From: a virus
Strand: one strand, 5' to 3'
IMG/VR virus record: IMGVR_UViG_3300043468_001414
Span: 32,664 to 96,663 of that record
DNA length: 64,000 nt
The position numbers and the translations under genes were made by a program. Positions 58,393 to 64,000 of the stretch are shown piece by piece (the stretch's first letter is position 1; each line of letters begins with the position of its first letter). The notes under the pieces are model-generated. The model saw only the letters and a program-made list of their open reading frames with translations, searched no databases and had not been told where the DNA came from.

Positions 58393-59091
58393 TCATGAGA
58401 AAAATCCGTCAAAGGTGTATCCAGATAAGCTGCGGGGGCGAAGCCAGTTGCGGGTATTTGCTGATGCAAAGCCTCGGTTGTCTTGCTCCATATTGGCGGG
58501 ATCCCATAGCAGAAACGGAATGGGCGGAGCGTCGGGTCGCAAGTCGGAGTTGGACTTGGCCCCTTGGAACCACTCCAGGGCCGCGTCGAACTTGGCTCTG
58601 ATGCTACCTTGGTGTAGGTTGCGCTGATAGGTATTCCCCATGCAGATGCGGCCATCTTCGTAGGTGTTGGAGAAAGGCGGGCGGTAAATGTTGTCGTCTA
58701 GGATGTGCCAAGCCAAGAACTCGTCTTTGGGTTGTTGCAGTTGATCAAAGCGCACGAAGAACCAGAACTCGTGCCCCGACGGCGGGGTGAAGTCCATGCT
58801 CTGCTCGATGCTCATGCCGTTGTCGTAAAACACCGGCGTAATGCGCGCGGTGCCATCGGGCAGCGTGATCGGAGCGAAATGCGTGGTGAGCTTGATCGAA
58901 TTAAGCTTCTTGGCGAGAATCAAGTCGGTGCTGCTGGCTTTGAAGTGATACCCCTCGTCGGGGAAATTCCGCAAAACCACCGGCGCCTCACGGGCGATGC
59001 TCTTGAGTAGTGTGCCCGCGTTATCCACGCGGGTGATGTTGGCGCGGCCAAGGCGTCCGTCTTGGTCGATGATGTAGAAAGTAGAGTCCAT
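58393..59091 (-). CDS. Prokaryotic E2-like conjugating enzyme
   Basis: PFSNTYEDGRICMG (catalytic Cys) and F....N.DL. Confidence 0.75.
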   Translation of the reverse strand: MDSTFYIIDQDGRLGRANITRVDNAGTLLKSIAREAPVVLRNFPDEGYHFKASSTDLILAKKLNSIKLTTHFAPITLPDGTARITPVFYDNGMSIEQSMDFTPPSGHEFWFFVRFDQLQQPKDEFLAWHILDDNIYRPPFSNTYEDGRICMGNTYQRNLHQGSIRAKFDAALEWFQGAKSNSDLRPDAPPIPFLLWDPANMEQDNRGFASANTRNWLRPRSLSGYTFDGFFS

Positions 59092-59171
59092 TTGGTTTTT
59101 TTTTAAAAACGAACCGCCGCGCAACGCAAAGTCTTACGCATAAGACTCTGCGAGCGCGGCGATCGTGGTTT

Positions 59172-59396
59172 TTAGACGGCCTTCGAGTGCGCCAGCTTCT
59201 GAATCAGGAGAGTGTCTCCCGTATACAGAACGGTGTCGGAGTTCGCCTTAGCGCCACCGATCAGACCCTCGACATTCGAAGTGTCGAAGTTCAGCACGGC
59301 GGCGTAGTTTGCGTTGGACAGGATCTGCCCAACAGTCGTGCCCTCGGGCACATCCACATCCAGCGCGTTGAGGCCGGACTTGAGTTTGATCAACAT
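59172..59396 (-). CDS. Ubiquitin-like beta-grasp protein
   Basis: 74 aa, V.VPEGTTV..IL..L..GD.L.I; first gene of the E2/E1/JAB operon. Confidence 0.7.
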   Translation of the reverse strand: MLIKLKSGLNALDVDVPEGTTVGQILSNANYAAVLNFDTSNVEGLIGGAKANSDTVLYTGDTLLIQKLAHSKAV

Positions 59397-59708
59397 GATC
59401 GTTTCCCTTTCTAATCAGCGTGTTAATAACTCGACACGCGGCGAGGTGAGCCAGCGGGCTCAAAAGTGGGAGGGGAATTCGGCTGCTTGCTTCAGCCTGT
59501 GAGGGCGAAGCAAGCTATCGCTGGCCGGCAGCGGGCACGGCGGTCGCCACCCCCCTTATTGCTGGAACGACCAGCTTCATCTCATCAGTGGGTGCTGACT
59601 AGGGCTCGTGAGGCCCTCGGCTTGTTGGAGTCTTATGTGTAAGACTCAAGTTTTATGAATTGCAAAATTTCAAAGCCTCGGCCAAGGAGAATCTGATATA
59701 ATCCTCGT

Positions 59709-60059
59709 TCATTCTGGGAGAGTCAAAACGCCTCGTTGGTTGTATAAAACCCCGTTTCCGAAAGGGGTTGTGGTGTCTTTCGGGTATGGCTCCCCGAGGT
59801 CTTGGTGCCACGGCGTATCTCCTTCTTTCCACGGCCAGCAGGTAAGGACGGAGCCAGGAATGGGTTTCCGTTTCGCATACGGGTCGATGAATTGAAGACC
59901 GCCTGGATGGGCTGGATTCTTGGAATAATAGCCCCAAGGCCGAATGCCGAACTCGATTTTCAGCGTGTCATTTTCCTCCCATCGGCGGTCGAACCGCTCA
60001 TCGTAATCAGCGGCGGTGGGTAGGAAAGTGTCGGTAGCGGTTGGTGTTGTCATGGGCAT
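59709..60059 (-). CDS. Hypothetical protein
   Basis: 116-aa ORF. Confidence 0.45.
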   Translation of the reverse strand: MPMTTPTATDTFLPTAADYDERFDRRWEENDTLKIEFGIRPWGYYSKNPAHPGGLQFIDPYAKRKPIPGSVLTCWPWKEGDTPWHQDLGEPYPKDTTTPFGNGVLYNQRGVLTLPE

Positions 60060-60582
60060 TCAAGGAGTGTCATTCCTTGGGGTCAATAATCGACATGGCG
60101 GATTTTTTTAGTCAAATCCTCTAAAATTTCAGCAATCTCCCGGCGGCAATCCATGAATTCTTCTTTTCTTGGCTTGTGCGCTCGGGTCGGGGGAGGAGTT
60201 GGCTTTCGGATCTGCTTCCACAGATCCAGGTGGGTCGCGGTTTGGATTTTCATAACGATATGAAAATGATGGCGCAGATAATCAGTATCAGCAGCATCAG
60301 TCGGTTAAAGAACTTCTCTTTCGCGGCGCGGTATTCGCGCTGGCGGGGTGTTTCCCAAAGTAGGTCTTGAATGTGTTTTGGCATAAATGTTTATTCGTAA
60401 ATCCATTTGTAATACGCAAACGGGCCGCTCCCTACTTTGATGCGGCGGGATGTGGGAATGTATGGCGTGGCGTATTTGTAGTGCATAAGGGAGTTAGACC
60501 AGAGAGCCAGATAACCTGAGTCACTCTTTACCCGAATCCTCTCTCATACGGCGATCAACCCGTTCATGGAATCGGTTCTGAT

Positions 60583-60846
60583 CTAAAGTTGGTTGAAATA
60601 AGCTGTGATGTTCGGCGTGAAATACTTGGCCATAAGATTTATGGCGTCTTGAGATTCTTGCGGGGTGCATCGGCTGGGGGCTAAAAGCCTCTCCACCTCT
60701 GACACTCGGGCGTCTGGGCTATTTTCTTTTTCGGCATGGCAATGCTCGCACTTGTCCTGCGTTGCGGGGTGGATGTATTCTTCGGCGCATTCGCAATCCC
60801 AGAACAGCGGCGTCGTTTCGATGGCTAACTCGGAGGAAAGGTTCAT
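60583..60846 (-). CDS. Small zinc-binding protein
   Basis: WDCEC...YIHP....C..C....PD.R..EV. Confidence 0.65.
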   Translation of the reverse strand: MNLSSELAIETTPLFWDCECAEEYIHPATQDKCEHCHAEKENSPDARVSEVERLLAPSRCTPQESQDAINLMAKYFTPNITAYFNQL

Positions 60847-60853
60847 AAAGATT

Positions 60854-60919
60854 TGGCGGCGGCAGGCGGGGTTGAACCGCCATGGAGTTCTATCAGTTCC
60901 AGTCGGCGCGGACGCCGCC
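60854..60919 (-). ncRNA. tRNA-like element lacking a canonical D-arm
   Basis: Acceptor GGCGGCG/TGCCGCC, T-arm GGCGG-TTCAACC-CCGCC, discriminator G, encoded CCA. Confidence 0.5.
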
Positions 60920-60957
60920 GCATATCGTTTGCTTTCGTCAAGTCTTACGCATAAGAC

Positions 60958-61155
60958 TCATTCCCAATCTTTCGACCCAATCGCCACGGCGTTGCCGCTC
61001 ACTTGGAGGCGTGTGCCGTCGGCGAGGGTGATTTTTCCGTTGATGTGGTAGCCTACGCTGCCGGTGGAAAATTCCTTGGGGCTGGCGTTGAGTGATTGGC
61101 CAGCGATGGATACCTCCAGATCCTCGGCGGTGGAGAGAAAGTCATTTTTACTCAT
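60958..61155 (-). CDS. Small conserved hypothetical protein
   Basis: KEFSTGSVG....GK....QV..N...IGSK. Confidence 0.65.
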   Translation of the reverse strand: MSKNDFLSTAEDLEVSIAGQSLNASPKEFSTGSVGYHINGKITLADGTRLQVSGNAVAIGSKDWE

Positions 61156-61188
61156 AAATCAAATGGACGGATAAAATGTGGTTTAGGA

Positions 61189-61224
61189 AAAAGAGAGGCG
61201 GGGCGCGTGTGCGCCCCGCCTTTT
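61189..61224 (-). terminator. Hairpin/terminator downstream of 61228..62103
   Basis: AGGCGGGGCGC-GTGT-GCGCCCCGCCT. Confidence 0.6.
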
Positions 61225-61227
61225 ACT

Positions 61228-62103
61228 TTAGGCGGCAAGGAGTTGTTTCTTGCGCTTGGCCACGGGTTTGCCAGATTCGACAAACGCGCTGGCCATCTCG
61301 ACCAGCTTGGCCCCGACAATGGATTGCTCCCCATCGGAGAGTTGCGCCATCGCCAGCTCGATCTCGGTGAGTTGCTCGATGAGCAACTCCGCCGTGAGCG
61401 GTTCCGCCAATTCCTCCTCCTCGGGAGGCTCGGGCGGCTGGGATTTTGCATCGGGTTTGCTGGATTTTGCTGGCGGAGCGTCGGATTTTGCTTCGATTTC
61501 CTTGGGTTTTTGGTCGGCTTGCTTCTTGAGTTCCGCCTCCCGAGCCCTCAGGGTTTCCAGCTCCTTCTTGTCGGCATCGGCTTGTTTCTTGGCCTCGGCC
61601 TCCTTGGCTTCCTTGGCGGATTTGGCCTCGGCCTCCTTGGCGGCTTTCTGCTCGGCGGTCATGCCATGCTCATAGAGCGCGGCAAACTCATCGGCGAAGT
61701 CGTTTCGCTCGCGGATAGCCGTCATGACGGCATCCACGGAGAGCTGTTTCTTCGATCCCTTGGAGAGGACTCGCTTGGTCTGCCAGCAATCGTTGAAGGA
61801 GAGCTGGTCAAACTCCGTCTCCAGCATCTTGCCATCGCGGACAAGATCATACACGGAGGCGGCAATGGAGGCATTGCTCACGGTTCCCTTCTTGATTCCG
61901 GCCCCGATAAGGAGCGGGAACATGGCTTCGCCAGGAGCTAGATTGGCCTCCATAGCGCGGAACAACTTGGCCATGCCAGCGAATGCACGCTGACCGGCAC
62001 TTGATTCGATTTTGAATCTCATAATGCGTTCGGCTTGGGATAAACCCTCAGCCTCCGCGAATGTGATAGCGCACGGGGCGCTTGTGGTATTTCGTTTCGG
62101 CAT
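61228..62103 (-). CDS. Hypothetical protein with charged coiled coil
   Basis: 291 aa; K/E/A-rich segment. Confidence 0.65.
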   Translation of the reverse strand: MPKRNTTSAPCAITFAEAEGLSQAERIMRFKIESSAGQRAFAGMAKLFRAMEANLAPGEAMFPLLIGAGIKKGTVSNASIAASVYDLVRDGKMLETEFDQLSFNDCWQTKRVLSKGSKKQLSVDAVMTAIRERNDFADEFAALYEHGMTAEQKAAKEAEAKSAKEAKEAEAKKQADADKKELETLRAREAELKKQADQKPKEIEAKSDAPPAKSSKPDAKSQPPEPPEEEELAEPLTAELLIEQLTEIELAMAQLSDGEQSIVGAKLVEMASAFVESGKPVAKRKKQLLAA

Positions 62104-62263
62104 ATTCAGTTTTCTAACAGCCCGCTTTGAAAACTCTCACTTGCGAGTCTTACGAATAAGACTCGCGAAGCGGAGCGCAGACACAATACGGGCGGGATCC
62201 GCATTGTGCAGAAAATAAAAAATCACCAATCCGAGATGGACGGCGAAAAGGGAAGGGGGGAAT

Positions 62264-62286
62264 AAAAAAGCCGCCTTGCGGCGGCT
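62264..62286 (-). terminator. Rho-independent terminator
   Basis: AAAAAA-GCCGCC-TTGC-GGCGGC on the + strand. Confidence 0.7.
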
Positions 62287-62291
62287 GGGCC

Positions 62292-62972
62292 TCACGCTGC
62301 CTTGCGGCGGCGTGAGGGGGCGAATGCCTTCCGCATCGCATCGGCGGCGGAAAATGCGTCCGCGAGTGTGGCGGATTTCAGAATATCTTTTTCGGCTTGC
62401 TCAGAATCCTTATATTCAAACATGGGTGATCCGATTTCGGCTTGCATTTTCCCTTTTCGGAATCGGTTGCAAATTCCGCTTGCTGTAAGGTGGAAAGGAT
62501 TTTCCAGCGGTTTGCGTTCGGGCTTGGATTCTTTCGGCTTCAGAAATGGCAATGCTGTATCGGTAAATTTTTTCGCGGCGGCCTCCCCGCATCGGCGGCG
62601 GATTTCATGCGATCGGCGAATGACATTGCCAGGATCGGTATTTTTGAAGATGCGAAATTCCAGCGGCCCGGCGGAAATGGAGAGAAATTCCATCGGCATT
62701 TTTTCTTCTTTCAATTCGCCTTTTTTATTTCGCTTGAAACGCGGCGGATTGAAGGGGACGAAAAATCTATCCGATTCGATGGAAAGGGATTCCAATTCAA
62801 ATTCAATCCGAGTCTTACAATAAGACTCGATTTTTGTGGCCTTGGCTTTTCTTTCCAAGGCGGCGGCGGCGGCTTTTTCAAGCGCGGCGGAATCATCGTC
62901 GGCACGAGTCCAAGCGGTGCGCGGTGCGTTCCACAATTCGGCGGAGGATGTTAGACGGGATAGGTGTTTCAT
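62292..62972 (-). CDS. Basic hypothetical protein
   Basis: 226-aa ORF. Confidence 0.55.
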   Translation of the reverse strand: MKHLSRLTSSAELWNAPRTAWTRADDDSAALEKAAAAALERKAKATKIESYCKTRIEFELESLSIESDRFFVPFNPPRFKRNKKGELKEEKMPMEFLSISAGPLEFRIFKNTDPGNVIRRSHEIRRRCGEAAAKKFTDTALPFLKPKESKPERKPLENPFHLTASGICNRFRKGKMQAEIGSPMFEYKDSEQAEKDILKSATLADAFSAADAMRKAFAPSRRRKAA

Positions 62973-62999
62973 TTTTCGGACGGGGTATTTGGTTTCATT

Positions 63000-63033
63000 A
63001 AAAAGGCGGGCGGTTTCCCGCCCGCCTTGTTTT
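63000..63033 (-). terminator. Terminator hairpin (possibly bidirectional)
   Basis: AAGGCGGGCGG-TTTC-CCGCCCGCCTT. Confidence 0.7.
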
Positions 63034-63800
63034 TAGATTGCCATCATGTCTTGAGCAAGATTCTTGCAAGCGGTTTGCATTTCGACTATTGGAAAAATAT
63101 CTTTCTTAAATCTCTCAGCTCTTTTCCGTCTTGCTTCATCATTCCAAGCAGGGTGCGAATAGATGCAGAATGGATTTATTCCCGACATGAGATACCGCAG
63201 AAATTCAAGATTTCCACGCAAGGCGGATTTCGCTTTTCGGTTTTTCCCTTTTTCCATCTTAAAAAGCTGAAAACAAGCGGTGCGAAAAGTGCGGATTTTT
63301 CGCGCAAGGCGAATCCGTTTTTCCGTTTCCATTTGCTTTTCGGAATCGAAGGGAAAATCCCTTTCCGTCAGGTCGATAGATTGAATCCCGTCAGCATTTG
63401 TGTGATTTATTCGCAACTCTTTCCGGCAGGCTCTAAAAATTAGTTTGATGACAGAAAAAGGGATTTTTTCGCTCGTTTCCTTCCCCTTGCTTTTTTTCCA
63501 TGCGGTGATTTTTTCAAACCTTGCAAGGTGCAAAAAGGTAATTTGCGCCGCGTCTTGCTTTTCCCATATTGAAAGCGGTTTTTTGATTTTCGCCTCCAAG
63601 GATTTTTTGCGTTGAATTGCTGAAATGGGTTTTTTGCCCACTACCTTGCCGATGTCCCCTTTTCCTCCCCTTGGATTTTCCAAGCGGTGAATGATGGCCC
63701 TTGCAAGCTTTCCATGATTTTCGCAAGGAACTGATTCAATCCCGAAACAATCCCGAAAAAAGATCGATTCGCCGTTTTTATTAGTGAAGTTTTTTACCAT
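63033..63800 (-). CDS. Very basic hypothetical protein
   Basis: K/R-rich ORF; start uncertain (63800 or 63830). Confidence 0.5.
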   Translation of the reverse strand: MVKNFTNKNGESIFFRDCFGIESVPCENHGKLARAIIHRLENPRGGKGDIGKVVGKKPISAIQRKKSLEAKIKKPLSIWEKQDAAQITFLHLARFEKITAWKKSKGKETSEKIPFSVIKLIFRACRKELRINHTNADGIQSIDLTERDFPFDSEKQMETEKRIRLARKIRTFRTACFQLFKMEKGKNRKAKSALRGNLEFLRYLMSGINPFCIYSHPAWNDEARRKRAERFKKDIFPIVEMQTACKNLAQDMMAI

Positions 63801-63825
63801 AGAAAAAAAGGTTAATGTTTTTTCC

Positions 63826-64000
63826 TTCAATTAACAAGGGGATTCGCCGTGACATATTCGCGACTCATTCCCTTTCAATTAACAAGGGGATTCGCCGTGA
63901 CATATTCGCGACTCATTCCCTTTCAATTAACAAGGGGATTCGCCGTGACATATTCGCGACTCATTCCCTTTCAATTAACAAGGGGATTCGCCGTGACATA
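63826..64000. repeat. Perfect 48-bp tandem repeat, at least 3.6 copies, running off the window
   Basis: TTCAATTAACAAGGGGATTCGCCGTGACATATTCGCGACTCATTCCCT at 63826, 63874, 63922 and 63970. Confidence 0.95.

Larger units (their letters stand above)
52031..62827. promoter_or_regulatory. Dispersed palindrome AGTCTTA-N4-TAAGACT (9 copies)
   Basis: Starts at 56284, 56860, 57443, 59130, 59629, 60941 and 62146; variants at 52031 (one mismatch) and 62811 (N3). Confidence 0.85.

Noticed and set aside
59555-59620. Hammerhead ribozyme (CTGATGAG on the minus strand, GTC nearby)
   Set aside because: No correctly placed GAAA and stem I is too short
60301-60309. TCGGTTAAA matching the concatenated NN string of array unit 1
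   Set aside because: Only 9 nt, which is expected by chance in 64 kb
61096-61941. 281-aa + strand Leu/Gly/Phe-rich ORF
   Set aside because: Antisense of the K/E/A-rich gene 61228..62103
63826-64000. CRISPR array
   Set aside because: No unique spacers; pure tandem repeat

Overview
The whole window is part of a temperate tailed-phage genome. The host is probably Verrucomicrobiota/PVC, a weak inference from a NarL-like HTH and general gene style. On the + strand, in order: tail/baseplate/adhesin genes with an embedded glycosyl-/sulfotransferase cluster (1-22.6 kb); a lysis cassette with a GH108-type endolysin (22.6-24.4 kb); an RHH-type switch, Xis, tyrosine integrase and an attP carrying a tRNA-Ser 3' end (24.4-26.8 kb); replication genes (26.8-34 kb); and lambda-type terminase genes (34.4-36.9 kb). 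A ~26 kb block of mostly small early genes follows on the - strand. The main finding is at 31233-32674: a lone Cas7/RAMP-like gene followed directly by a non-CRISPR array of four units, each ~9-11 phased GGC-NN pentamers closed by a conserved 37-40 nt hairpin, then one accessory ORF. This cassette sits inside, and splits, the replicative ATPase gene, and looks like a minimal RNA-guided system whose information is in the variable dinucleotides. Other notable items: a phage Ubl-E2-E1-JAB operon, a dispersed palindrome AGTCTTA-N4-TAAGACT, a TTGAC motif 20-23 nt before late-gene starts, a C5 methyltransferase split over two overlapping frames, and a D-arm-less tRNA-like element. All calls come from reading motifs by eye; no database searches were run.
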